Shown here one piece after another: positions 19,844 through 28,928 of a DNA stretch of 64,000 bases. Where the stretch lies: positions 2,400,001 to 2,464,000 of the forward strand of contig OZ241326.1 of the NCBI GenBank assembly GCA_965199855.1, written 5' to 3'. The first letter of the stretch is position 1. The number at the start of each line of letters is the position of its first letter. The position numbers and the translations under genes were made by a program. Source of the stretch: a bacterium. GTDB lineage: Bacteria; UBA8248. The notes beneath the pieces are model-generated. The model was not told where the DNA came from and made no database searches. It saw only the letters and a list, made by a program, of their open reading frames with translations.

Positions 19844-20650
19844 CTACAGGATGGCGACGGGGCGGACGGGCGAGCCGGTGCCGCCGCGTATCTTGAGCGG
19901 CAGGCAGACGAAGAGGAACTCGCGCGCCCGCGCCCGGCTCAGCTCCTCCAGCATCGCCACCTCGAGCAGGTGGACGCCGCGCTCCACGAGCAGATGGCAG
20001 TGCACCGGCAGGGAGGGGGCGGGCAGAACCTCGACCGCGAAGTTGTCGCTCCCCGCCATGAAGACGCCCGCGTCGGAGAGCCACCGCGCGGCGTCCAGGT
20101 CGATTCCGGGGACGCCTCCCTTCTGGAAGTAATAGTCCCGGCCCGGCCAGTGGCGCATGTGGCCGGTGCGAATCAGGACGACGTCGCCCTCCTCCACCCG
20201 CGCGCCCTGGGCGCGGGCGGTCGCCTCGAGCTCCGCCTTCGTTATGGGGCGGCCCGCCTCGAGGACGTCCTTCTTGAGGTGCGCCGCCGCGTCCAGCATC
20301 ACCCCGCGCCTGACGACGGGCGCCACGCTCTCGATTCCGTGGACTCTCAGCCCCTCCGTCTTGCTCTGGGAGGCGGCGGCGTCCGCCCCGCCGTGAAGCT
20401 TCATCTCCCGCGAGACGTGGCCCAGGGCGTCGATGTGGGTTCCCGTGTGGCCGGTGCAGAAGATCGCGTCCACCGCCGCGCACGCCCCGTCCGCATACAT
20501 GAAGTCGCCGTGCTCCCGGATCATCGAATACCCGAAGGGGCCGTGGAGCGGCACGTGGGGCATTCCGGGGAAAAGCTCCACCCCCAGGTCGAACACCCTG
20601 CCGCCGCGCGCGATGGCGCGCAGGTCTTCCATGTCCATCGCTTCCTCCAT
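19844..20650 (-). CDS. Cyclase family (kynurenine formamidase-like) metal-dependent hydrolase
   Basis: HTGTHIDALGH, GDVVLIRTG, PG, GSDN, VH..LL..G..LLE, PLKIRGGTGSPVRPVA. Start could be 20638 or 20632. Confidence 0.93.
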   Translation of the reverse strand: MEEAMDMEDLRAIARGGRVFDLGVELFPGMPHVPLHGPFGYSMIREHGDFMYADGACAAVDAIFCTGHTGTHIDALGHVSREMKLHGGADAAASQSKTEGLRVHGIESVAPVVRRGVMLDAAAHLKKDVLEAGRPITKAELEATARAQGARVEEGDVVLIRTGHMRHWPGRDYYFQKGGVPGIDLDAARWLSDAGVFMAGSDNFAVEVLPAPSLPVHCHLLVERGVHLLEVAMLEELSRARAREFLFVCLPLKIRGGTGSPVRPVAIL

Positions 20651-20777
20651 CGGGCGTTCGGGCGCCGGAAGCCCCGGCTTCGGTTTTCGTCATTGTATCT
20701 TTGCGCCCCGCCCCCCGACAAGGTAAAGAGGGCGGGAGAGAAGAAGCCCTCGCTGGACTTTCCGGGATCGGCGGCGC

Positions 20778-21197
20778 ATGAATTTCTCTGCATACGTTCA
20801 TCCGGCCTTTCAGATCGCCACGCTCTCGCTGTGTCTGCTCACTCTGGCGAACGGCCTGCGGGTCAGGCGCGCCCGGCGGGGGAGGCTGTCCGGCAGGGCG
20901 GGAATCGCCCGCTTCCACGTGAGGCTCGGGCGGTGGCTCGCCGCTTTTTTCTCGACGGGCTACGCGCTCGGCCTGGGCGGGATGCGCTTCGCCCTGGAGG
21001 AGCCGCTTTACGAGACGGCGCACGGCTACTTCGCCACCCTCGCCCTGGGCCTTCTGTGGACGACGGCCTGGCTGGGGCGCAGGCTGCGAAAGGCTCCGGG
21101 CAGGGACGATCTGCGGCAGATTCACGCCTTCTGCGGCTTCCTCGCCGTCTTCGTCTCCCTGTTCGTCTCGTTTCTGGGGATGCGGCTGCTCCCCTGA
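20778..21197 (+). CDS. Four-TM His-containing membrane protein (DUF4079/cytochrome b561-like)
   Basis: Four hydrophobic helices, each with a His (VHP, FHVRLG, AHGY, IHAFCG). Confidence 0.6.
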   Translation: MNFSAYVHPAFQIATLSLCLLTLANGLRVRRARRGRLSGRAGIARFHVRLGRWLAAFFSTGYALGLGGMRFALEEPLYETAHGYFATLALGLLWTTAWLGRRLRKAPGRDDLRQIHAFCGFLAVFVSLFVSFLGMRLLP

Positions 21198-21216
21198 CGC
21201 CCGGAATTCCGCTAGA

Positions 21217-22425
21217 ATGGAGGCGCCGCCCGGTCTCGGCTGCGCCCCGCCTCCTTTCGCGTCCCCCGGCGAGGCGAAGCCATCCCGCGAGGGGGAGCGC
21301 CCTTTGCGACCCGAAACCGAAAAGCGCGCGCCGAAGCCCTCCTCCGGGCGAGGCGGAATCCCTGGGGGAAAGCCGGGGCTTCTCCCCGCGCTCGCGCTTC
21401 TCGCCGCGGCGCTCTGGGCCGCGGCCCCGGCCCGGGCGGCGAGCCCCCCGGCGCGAAACCCCTGCGCGGTCAATCCCCCCGCGGCGAATCCATCCGGCGG
21501 AAACCCCTGCGCGCCCTCAAGAAGCCCGCGCCCCGAAGCCGCCGGGGGAGGAAACCCCTGCGCGCCCCGGAATCCCCGCGCCGGAGACGCCGGCGCGAAG
21601 GCGGGGACGAATCCGCAGGGCGGCAGGCTTTTCGATCCCTTCGCCGACGACGCGGGGCGGGCGGGCGGCGAAAAACCCCCTCCGCCGCCTCCGTCGCCGG
21701 GCGGGGGCGTCCAGTGGGGGGAGAGCCGGGCGGGCGTCGCGCGGCCGCGCTACCTCTTCACCCAGCGGCCCGACGCCAGCGTGCGCGACGCCGTCGCGCG
21801 CGGCAGGCGGGCGTTCAGGCGCGCGGGTTGCGTGGGTTGCCATCCCCGGGGGCGCACCATCTACGGCCACGCGGCGGACGTGACGGGCGCGACGCATCCG
21901 TTTCCCATCCCCACCCTCATCGGCGCGGCGGAGCACTTTCCGCGCCTGGGCCCGGCGGGACGGGCGCTCAGCGTCGGGCAGTTCAACGACTTCTGCGCCA
22001 CGACCTTCCTGGGCGAGCCGCCCATGGACCCCTATTCGCAGAAATACAAGGACCTGGAAGCCTACGTGGTCTCGCTCTCTCCCGAACGCTACGAGCGGAT
22101 GCTCGCCTGGGAGGCGAAGCGCAAGGCGCTCGCGCGGGCCATGCGGGGGACGCCGGGACCGGGAGCGGGCGGCGGCGCTTCGACGCCTTCTTCCGGCGGG
22201 GGAGAGAAGCCCGCCGCGCCGACCGCGCGAATCCCCGGCGGGGGCGGAGGGAAACCGGTCGGGGGAAACCCCTGCGCGCCCTCGAATCCGCGCGCGGGGA
22301 AGCCCGGCGCCGCCCCAAGCGCCCCCGCCGGGGTCAACCCTTGCGCCCCCCGAAATCCATGCGCGGCGAAAAATCCCTGCGCGATTCCGAACGCGCGCGC
22401 GAAAAACCCCTGCGCGAAGCCGTAG
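21217..22425 (+). CDS. Exported monoheme c-type cytochrome (TsdA/SoxA-like domain) with flanking NPCA repeats
   Basis: Signal-like LLPALALLAAALWAAAPARA; CVGCH; FPR...LSVGQFNDFC...LGEPPM...DLEAYVVSLS; eight NPCA motifs. Start uncertain. Confidence 0.75.
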   Translation: MEAPPGLGCAPPPFASPGEAKPSREGERPLRPETEKRAPKPSSGRGGIPGGKPGLLPALALLAAALWAAAPARAASPPARNPCAVNPPAANPSGGNPCAPSRSPRPEAAGGGNPCAPRNPRAGDAGAKAGTNPQGGRLFDPFADDAGRAGGEKPPPPPPSPGGGVQWGESRAGVARPRYLFTQRPDASVRDAVARGRRAFRRAGCVGCHPRGRTIYGHAADVTGATHPFPIPTLIGAAEHFPRLGPAGRALSVGQFNDFCATTFLGEPPMDPYSQKYKDLEAYVVSLSPERYERMLAWEAKRKALARAMRGTPGPGAGGGASTPSSGGGEKPAAPTARIPGGGGGKPVGGNPCAPSNPRAGKPGAAPSAPAGVNPCAPRNPCAAKNPCAIPNARAKNPCAKP

Positions 22426-22985
22426 GGCAGGCGCCTCCTGTCGTTGTCCTTCTTGAATAAGAAACTGTAGGGGGACAAGCCGCAGCTTGTCCTCCCTGCG
22501 CAAAATCAAGGCGCGGCCGCAGGGCCGCATTCATGCGCTTCGTTCGAGGGCCGGCGGTGAAGACGCCCCGGCCTCCCGCAGGGGGCGTTCGCGAACGCCC
22601 CGCCGCCTGCGATGCGAATCCTTCCCAAAAACGGGCGGCCGCAGGAGTCGCCCCTACGGAACGTCCCCCACGGGGGACCATCCCAAACGGGCGGTTCGCG
22701 AATTGTGGGGCGGCCCCGGGGAGGGGTCGCCCCTACGGAAACCTGAAAACCCCGCCCCCGCGCCAACGGGGACGCGCCCCGCCGTAGAGGCAACCCCCGT
22801 GGCTGTCCTTCGCTGGGTTCCCGTCCCGCCGCCGCGCGAAAATCCCGTAGAGGGCGTTCGAGAACGCCCCGCCCGGCTCCGGCTTCCGGCGAAGGCCGGA
22901 ATCCAGGGGGTTGGTTTTCTTCCACGCAAACCCTGCGAAGGCGAGTCGTCGGGAATGTAGGGGCAGCCCCGCGGCTGTCCTTCGC
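22422..22985. repeat. REP mosaic array 2
   Basis: GGGGCGTTCGCGAACGCCCC, GGGCGGTTCGCGAATTGTGGGGCGGCCCCGGGGAGGGGTCGCCCCTAC, TTCCGGCGAAGGCCGGAATCCAG and degenerate GTAG units. Confidence 0.85.
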
Positions 22986-23109
22986 TGTCGGCATGGGCAG
23001 GCGCGGGGGGCCTGTCCCCGTGAGGCCCTTTGACGCCCTCCTTGCCGCGCCGCCTTCGCTCTGCTAGCGTTGCCGCGAATCCATTTCTCATCATCGGGAG
23101 GAGCGCGCG

Positions 23110-23631
23110 ATGGCGGAATTCACCGTGGCGAATTTCAGGGACGTCTCCGGGGGGCTCCAGGAGGGCCAGTTCGCCGTGGGCGAGCGGAAGAAGGCGAGCG
23201 GCCTGGCCGACCTCGACCCCATCTACGGGCAGCTGCTGGACATGCCGATCACGGTCACGCTCGGGCTCGTCGGCCCCGACGGGCGGGTGAACCTCACGCC
23301 CATGTGGTTCGACTACGAGGGCGACATGATTCTGGTGAACACCGCCGCGCACCGGGCGAAATGCGGATGGATACGCGCGAACCCGCGGCTCACCATCCTC
23401 CTCGTCAACCCCGAGAACCCCTACCACTGGATGAGCGTGAAGTGCGAGGTCGTGAACGAAATCCGCGAGGGGGAGCCGGGCGGGGAGCGGGCCGCCGAGC
23501 AGCTCGACCGCATCTGGACGAAATACACGGGGCAGGAGCCGCCCTACGCGCTGCGCGATCCCGTCATCGACGAGAAGCGCGTCCTCTTCGAGTGCCGCGT
23601 GGACAGAATCGCCACCTTCGGAAAGCCCTGA
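23110..23631 (+). CDS. Pyridoxamine 5'-phosphate oxidase-like (PPOX/F420-dependent split-barrel) protein
   Basis: LGLVGPDGRVNLTPMWF, VNTAAHRAK, NPRLTILLVNPENPY, KY, EKRVLF; GGAGG SD. Confidence 0.85.
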   Translation: MAEFTVANFRDVSGGLQEGQFAVGERKKASGLADLDPIYGQLLDMPITVTLGLVGPDGRVNLTPMWFDYEGDMILVNTAAHRAKCGWIRANPRLTILLVNPENPYHWMSVKCEVVNEIREGEPGGERAAEQLDRIWTKYTGQEPPYALRDPVIDEKRVLFECRVDRIATFGKP

Positions 23632-23791
23632 GGCCGGGGGGCGCGCCGCTTCGCGTCATCGATGCGCGCGTCTCTTGCGGGAGGCGCGAAGCTGCGCGGC
23701 GCCGAAGCGATGGCGGGGAGGAATGGAAACGGCCTTTTCAACGTCTTCAGCGACCCCGAGTTTCCAAAACCCTGAATCTACCGTTGCGCTA

Positions 23792-24217
23792 TCAGAGTTC
23801 CCAAAGCTCCACATCAGACGGAATCATGTGGAAGCAGGCGCGTCTGAAATAGGAAAGCAGAGTCTCGCCCGTAGATTTCCTCACGCTCCGCTCAACGATA
23901 AATATCTTCCGATAAGCCTTGGGAGCCATGTGAAAATGGAACATGGCTTCCGCCCAGTTTTTCATCTTCGCGCTTGGAACATTCCCCCCTGCTGTCCAAG
24001 TGTGCGATTTGCATTCCACGATGATTTTGGGACGCTCTGATCCAAAATCGAACGTGTGCTCCTTCTTGTCCTTCTTGGCTCGTCCAAGCCCCACCGCCAA
24101 TTTGAAGTTGGATTCCAAATCGAGGCCATGCTTGGCCAGCGCCCTCTTGGCCTTCTTCTCAAATTTCCGTCCGACATCCGCATTGCTGTTCGCGCCCTCG
24201 CGCTGATGATTCGCCAT
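23792..24217 (-). CDS. Small PD-(D/E)XK nuclease-like protein
   Basis: GRKFE...HTFDFG...IIVECKS matches the E...D...ExK pattern; lower GC than its neighbours. Confidence 0.6.
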   Translation of the reverse strand: MANHQREGANSNADVGRKFEKKAKRALAKHGLDLESNFKLAVGLGRAKKDKKEHTFDFGSERPKIIVECKSHTWTAGGNVPSAKMKNWAEAMFHFHMAPKAYRKIFIVERSVRKSTGETLLSYFRRACFHMIPSDVELWEL

Positions 24218-24229
24218 ATTCTTCCTCCT

Positions 24230-25357
24230 CTACCAGACGCAGCCGCGGGCGGCGACGGGAATGACGACCTCGAGGACGCCCTCCTCCGTCCCGCCGCGAA
24301 TTCCATGATAGACGTCGTAGAGGTTGATGGTCGGGTCGCAGTGGCTGGGCTGGAACAGGAGCGTCTCGCCGATTTCGGGACGCCGGGCGGAGGGCGAGAG
24401 CGTCAGCACGCCGTGCTCGTCCGAGGCGCGCGCGTGCTCGGCGCCCTCGAGCTCCAGGCAGGGGGCGAGCCCGCTGTCCGAGGCGAGCGCCTTGTGGCCG
24501 GCGTCCACGACGGCGCGGTCGGACGAGGCGCTCACCACCGTCGTCAGCACGAACAGGGCGGGCCGGAAGTCGTCGTAGGCTTCGGAGTCCTCGCCGCCGA
24601 TGCTGCGGTAGTGGGAGTCCATGAAGAGGTAGCTGCCCGCCTGGAGCTCGTTCAGAACGCACGCTTCCGCGTCCCAGCGCCAGGAGCCGGTGCCGCCGCC
24701 GCTTCTGATCTCCGTGGAAAGCCCGGCGGCGCGGAAGGCGGCTATGGTCTCCTCCATCAGCGCGATGGCGCGCGCATAGACCGCGCGCCGCTCGGCGAAG
24801 CCCTCCACGTGCTGCGCCGCGCCCTGATACGCCTGAATCCCCCGGAGCGCGAGCCCGGGCAGCCTCTCCACGCGCTCGGCCAGCTCGACGGCCGCCGCCC
24901 CCGGCGCGACCCCGCAGCGCCCCTGGCCTACGTCCACGTCCACGAGCGCGCCGATCTCCGCCCCCGCCTCCACGGCGGCCTCGGAGAGCATGGCCGCCCC
25001 CCGCGGGTGATCTACCACCGCCGCGATCCGCGCGTGGCGCGCAAGGGCGGCGAGGCGCCCGAGCTTCGAGGCGGCGGCGACCTCGCTGCTCACCAGCGCG
25101 TCCTCCACGCCGCCCGCCACCATCACCTCCGCCTCGCTCACCTTCTGGCAGCACACGCCCACCGCGCCCAGGGCGATCTGCTTTTTCGCCAGCCAGGGGC
25201 TCTTGTGCGTCTTGGCGTGGGCGCGCAGGCGGACGCCCGTGCCCTCCAGGCGCGCCGCCATGCGCGCGAGGTTCTCCTCCATGGCGTCGAGGTCGATGAG
25301 CAGGGCGGGGGTTTCGAGCTCGCGCGCGGGCGTCCCGACCCTCTGGCTCGGTCGCAT
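24230..25357 (-). CDS. DSD1-family fold-III PLP enzyme (D-threonine aldolase/3-hydroxy-D-aspartate aldolase-like)
   Basis: LETPALLIDLD, RAHAKTHKS (PLP Lys), GRCGV, SGGGTG, ELQAGSYLFMD, SDEHG, PSHCDPTINLYD. Confidence 0.92.
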   Translation of the reverse strand: MRPSQRVGTPARELETPALLIDLDAMEENLARMAARLEGTGVRLRAHAKTHKSPWLAKKQIALGAVGVCCQKVSEAEVMVAGGVEDALVSSEVAAASKLGRLAALARHARIAAVVDHPRGAAMLSEAAVEAGAEIGALVDVDVGQGRCGVAPGAAAVELAERVERLPGLALRGIQAYQGAAQHVEGFAERRAVYARAIALMEETIAAFRAAGLSTEIRSGGGTGSWRWDAEACVLNELQAGSYLFMDSHYRSIGGEDSEAYDDFRPALFVLTTVVSASSDRAVVDAGHKALASDSGLAPCLELEGAEHARASDEHGVLTLSPSARRPEIGETLLFQPSHCDPTINLYDVYHGIRGGTEEGVLEVVIPVAARGCVW

Positions 25358-25748
25358 GGAGAATTCTCCCCGGGGAAGGGGCGCGGCCCGAACCGCGGGA
25401 CAACGGCGCGGGCCTCGGGCGCGAAAAGCGAAAGGGACGAATTCAGGGGATAATACCCCGGGGATCAGGCAAAGGGAAGCGCAGCCGGCGCCCCTCGCTC
25501 CATATCCGCAAGCCCGGCGTCAGCGCGAGGGTCTCGCTTCGCTCCCTGGCGAATTGTTTCCTCGCGTCCATGCTGCGAACATAAAAAAAGCCACCAAGGT
25601 CCGCGTCATCGAGAAACATCCTCAATGAGAGGCGTGGCGGCTACGTTGGAGAAAACGTATCCGCGCATCGCATTCACGTCAAGGTAAAAGCGAATCCGAA
25701 AAGGCGAGAGCATATCTGACGCGCGCTGAAGGATATTTCGCTTTTCAT

Positions 25749-25930
25749 CGTCATTGCGGCGAAAGCCGCAATCCAGGACCGACGGGAAAACAAGGGATTC
25801 CGCAATCCCTCCGCCTGGTCGGGATTGACGCCGGAATGACGACGGGGGACGCGGGCTTTATGATTCGTAGGGGCGGTTCGGGAACCGTCCGTTTTGGAAC
25901 GGCAACCCCCGGATTCCGCAATCCCTCCGC
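25749..25930. repeat. REP cluster 3 (CGTC doublet plus GTAG unit)
   Basis: CGTCATTGCGGCGAAAGCCGCAATCCAG ... GGATTCC...GGAATGACG, then GTAGGGGCGGTTCGGGAACCGTCC. Confidence 0.8.
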
Positions 25931-26024
25931 CCTTCCGGGTAGGGTGGGACGACTTGCCCGGCGTCCCTTCCTGCCGCATGATGGGGTGGTTTTGCGCCGC
26001 CCCGCTCGCGTTCGGAGGACTTTC

Positions 26025-26915
26025 ATGCGCACCAAGGCGGACGATCTCCTCGAGGGCGCCATCGACGTCCACGCCCACATCTTCCCGCAGGTGTTCGTCG
26101 AGGAGTCCGGGCGCGTGCTGGATCACGAATGGGCCGAACTCGCCCGCGACGCCGGGATGCGCGGCTTCGTGATGAAGAGCCACCTGTGGCCCACCATGGC
26201 GCAGGCGCGTATTCTGAACGAGGTCTATCCCGACGTCGCCGCCTTCGGCGCCATCGTCCTGAACGCGAACGTGGGCGGGCTTTCGCCCTTCGCGGCGGAG
26301 AGCGCGGTTCGCCTGGGCGCGAAGGTCATCTGGATGCCCACCTACTCCGCGGCGAACGACATCGCGGTCGGCGCCTACAGCGCGCGCATCGCGGAAGCCT
26401 ACCGCCGGCCGCCCCCGGACGCGGGCCTCGCCGTCCTGGACGAGGACGGCGCGGTTTCGCCCGACGCCGAGGCCGTCCTCGAAATCGCCCGTGACGCGAA
26501 CGTCGCCGTGGCGACCGGCCATCTCTCGGCCGACGAGGGCGTCGCCCTCGCGCGGCGCGCCCGCGAGATCGGGCTGGAGAAGTTCATCTTCACCCATCCG
26601 ATCATCTTCATCGTGCGCGCGAGCGAGGCGCAGCTGCGCGAGGTGGCGGATATGGGCTACATCATCGAGTTCACCTGGATCTCCGCCTTTCCGATGTGGC
26701 GCGACCTCGACCCCTGGGAGGTGGCGCGAACCGCGCGCGCCCTGGGCCCCGAGCGCTGCGTGATGAGCACGGACGCGCAGCTCGACCTCAACCCCCCGCC
26801 GCCCGAGATGCTGCGGATGTTCATCGCCACCATGCTGCGCCTGGGGTTCGGCGAGGACGAGATTCGCTGGATGACGCAGCGAAACCCCGCCCGGCTGATG
26901 GGCCTGGAAGGATGA
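26025..26915 (+). CDS. Amidohydrolase-superfamily TIM-barrel protein (DUF6282-like)
   Basis: GAIDVHAH, GMRGFVMKSH, VIWMPT, ATGHLS, THP, STD; GGAGG SD before ATG 26025. Confidence 0.82.
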   Translation: MRTKADDLLEGAIDVHAHIFPQVFVEESGRVLDHEWAELARDAGMRGFVMKSHLWPTMAQARILNEVYPDVAAFGAIVLNANVGGLSPFAAESAVRLGAKVIWMPTYSAANDIAVGAYSARIAEAYRRPPPDAGLAVLDEDGAVSPDAEAVLEIARDANVAVATGHLSADEGVALARRAREIGLEKFIFTHPIIFIVRASEAQLREVADMGYIIEFTWISAFPMWRDLDPWEVARTARALGPERCVMSTDAQLDLNPPPPEMLRMFIATMLRLGFGEDEIRWMTQRNPARLMGLEG

Positions 26916-27418
26916 GAGGCGCGCGCGGCGGCGCCCGCTCCGCCGGCTTCCGGGGAGGAGCGGGCCTCCGCGGGACGGGGCTGATTCTCTGCGCGGCGGC
27001 CCTCCTTCTCCTCGCGCCTGCGGCCTCGGGCGCGGAGACGCTCGTCATCGCCCTCACCCAGACGGGCTGCCAGTTCCTCGAACCCGAAGGCGGGGATCGC
27101 GGCTTCCGGCCCGAAAGGGCGGCCGACTGCCGGCGCGTCAACGCCGAGACCGGGGCGCGGCGCCTCGCCGCCGCCCGGACGATGACGCTCCGGCCCGGCC
27201 GCTACGTCTTCCGGGTGACGAACCGGAGCGTGCCCTACGAGCTCGGCTTCTACCTGCGCGGGGCGGGCGTCGGACGCCTCACGCTGCCCAAAGTCTCGGG
27301 CGGCGGCATCGCGCGCGGGCGGACGCGCGACTACGCCGTCACCCTGACGGAGGGCGAGTATCGCTACTCCTGCCCCCTGAACCCGACGCCCGACTACAGA
27401 CTGCGCGTGAGAAACTAG
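26912..27418 (+). CDS. Small exported cupredoxin-fold-like protein
   Basis: Signal peptide; LRPGRYVFRVTN...GEYRYSCPLNPTPDY; ATGA overlap with the upstream gene. Confidence 0.65.
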   Translation: MRGARGGARSAGFRGGAGLRGTGLILCAAALLLLAPAASGAETLVIALTQTGCQFLEPEGGDRGFRPERAADCRRVNAETGARRLAAARTMTLRPGRYVFRVTNRSVPYELGFYLRGAGVGRLTLPKVSGGGIARGRTRDYAVTLTEGEYRYSCPLNPTPDYRLRVRN

Positions 27419-27429
27419 CCGCGGCGCGC

Positions 27430-27825
27430 CGGGACGCATGAATGCGCCGCGCGTTCGTAGATGGAATCGCCTTCGCATTCGTAGGGACAGGTCGCGACCT
27501 GCCCCTACACAAAACATGAACGCCCCGCCGCCTCCGATGCGAACGCCTCTTGAACACGGGCGGCCATTCCTTGCGGAACCGTCCCCGCGCCCCGGTTCTG
27601 GATTCCGGCCTTCGCCGGAATGACGGGCTTTGAGTCGCGCCCGCCGGGATCGTAGGGACGCCCCCCTGTGGTTGTCCTTCCGCCGTAGGGGCGGTTCGTG
27701 AACCGCCCACATCGCCATCAATACAAAACGGCGCGGGACGCATGAATGCGTCCCCTACAAAACCGTCGCACCCTCCCCGCCGTAGGGGGCGCATTCTTGC
27801 GCCCCGCCCTGTGGTTGTCCGCCCG
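27430..27825. repeat. REP mosaic array 4
   Basis: GGGACGCATGAATGCGTCCCCTAC, GTAGGGACAGGTCGCGACCTGCCCCTAC, CTGGATTCCGGCCTTCGCCGGAATGACG, GTAGGGGCGGTTCGTGAACCGCCC, GTAGGGGGCGCATTCTTGCGCCCC. Confidence 0.9.
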
Positions 27826-28372
27826 CGTTCTTCCTCCGTCGGGACGATCCTTCCGCCCTGTCGGAATGGATCGCGCATTTGCCCGCATTTGCGCCTGTCG
27901 GGCCTTTCCGCGAACGCGCGAGAATCCGCCGCGAGGGGGAGGCGGCGAGCATGGGTTTCGGGAAGCGGATGATGACGAAGGCGGGGGCGCGCGTCAGGGC
28001 GTTTTTCGCCCTCGGCCGTTCTCGCGTCGTCAATTCCGATGAAGAGGCAAGATTGCGGAATCCGGGGGTTGTCGTCCGGCGACGGGCGGCTCGGGAGCTG
28101 TGGGGCGGCCCCGGGGAGGGGCCACCCCTGCGCGTTTCAGGAGTGACGCGCGCGCGTCGTCCGCGTCATAATAAAGACGACGCTATTTTCGACAAAATCC
28201 GACAAATTCACGGCTTTATCCCGCAAATTCGCGCCTTTTTTCGACAAATTCAAGACCCTTCAGGGCGCGGAAAAAACATCAATACATTGAAAATAAAAGG
28301 ATTATGGGAATCAGGGGGCGCCGGGAGGGGGTATTTCGCAAGGCCGCGGCATTTGCGCGCATTTGCCCGCAC
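27807..28372. repeat. ~565-bp dispersed element, copy 2 (inverted)
   Basis: Its reverse complement aligns along the full length with 3965-4532. Confidence 0.9.
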
Positions 28373-28535
28373 CCGCGCTTCCCGCGCGCTGAGGCGCCGC
28401 CCGGCCAACCCCCCGCAGAGGCTGCTCTCCAGGAAGCGGCGGGCGCGGCGGCTTGCGGCTTTTCGCGAAAGGCGCGATGATGAGGCGTCCTTTTGGCGAA
28501 CGGATTTTCCCTTGAACCCATGAAGGAGAGCGCCC

Positions 28536-28868
28536 ATGAGCAGCGAGCTTGCGGCGAAGGAGTGCGTCCCCTGCAAGGGCGGCGTCCCCCCGCTCAAGGG
28601 AGACGAACTCACCGCCCTCCAGGAGCGGCTGGGCGGCGGCTGGCGCGTGGTGGACGAGCATCACCTGGAGAAGGAATACCGGTTTCCCGACTTCCGCGCG
28701 GCGCTCGACTTCACGAACCGCGTGGGCGAGATGGCCGAGGAGCAGGGCCACCACCCCGACGTCCATCTGGCGTGGGGGAAGGTCGGAATCACCATCTGGA
28801 CGCACAAGATAGACGGGCTGACGGAGAGCGACTTCGTCTTCGCGGCGAAGGCGGACAGCGTTCTGTAG
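28536..28868 (+). CDS. phhB: Pterin-4a-carbinolamine dehydratase
   Basis: CVPCKGG, AEEQGHHPD, WTHKIDGLTESDFVFAAK. Confidence 0.95.
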   Translation: MSSELAAKECVPCKGGVPPLKGDELTALQERLGGGWRVVDEHHLEKEYRFPDFRAALDFTNRVGEMAEEQGHHPDVHLAWGKVGITIWTHKIDGLTESDFVFAAKADSVL

Positions 28869-28928
28869 GAAGCCGCGGCTTTCAGCCGGGGGCGCGGGGC
28901 GGCGTCCCCTTTCCTTTCGGGGCGGGGC

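Noticed and set aside
25440-25745. Lower-GC stretch with a 60-aa ORF, possible gene remnant
   Set aside because: No recognisable motif, no convincing SD and no partner gene.
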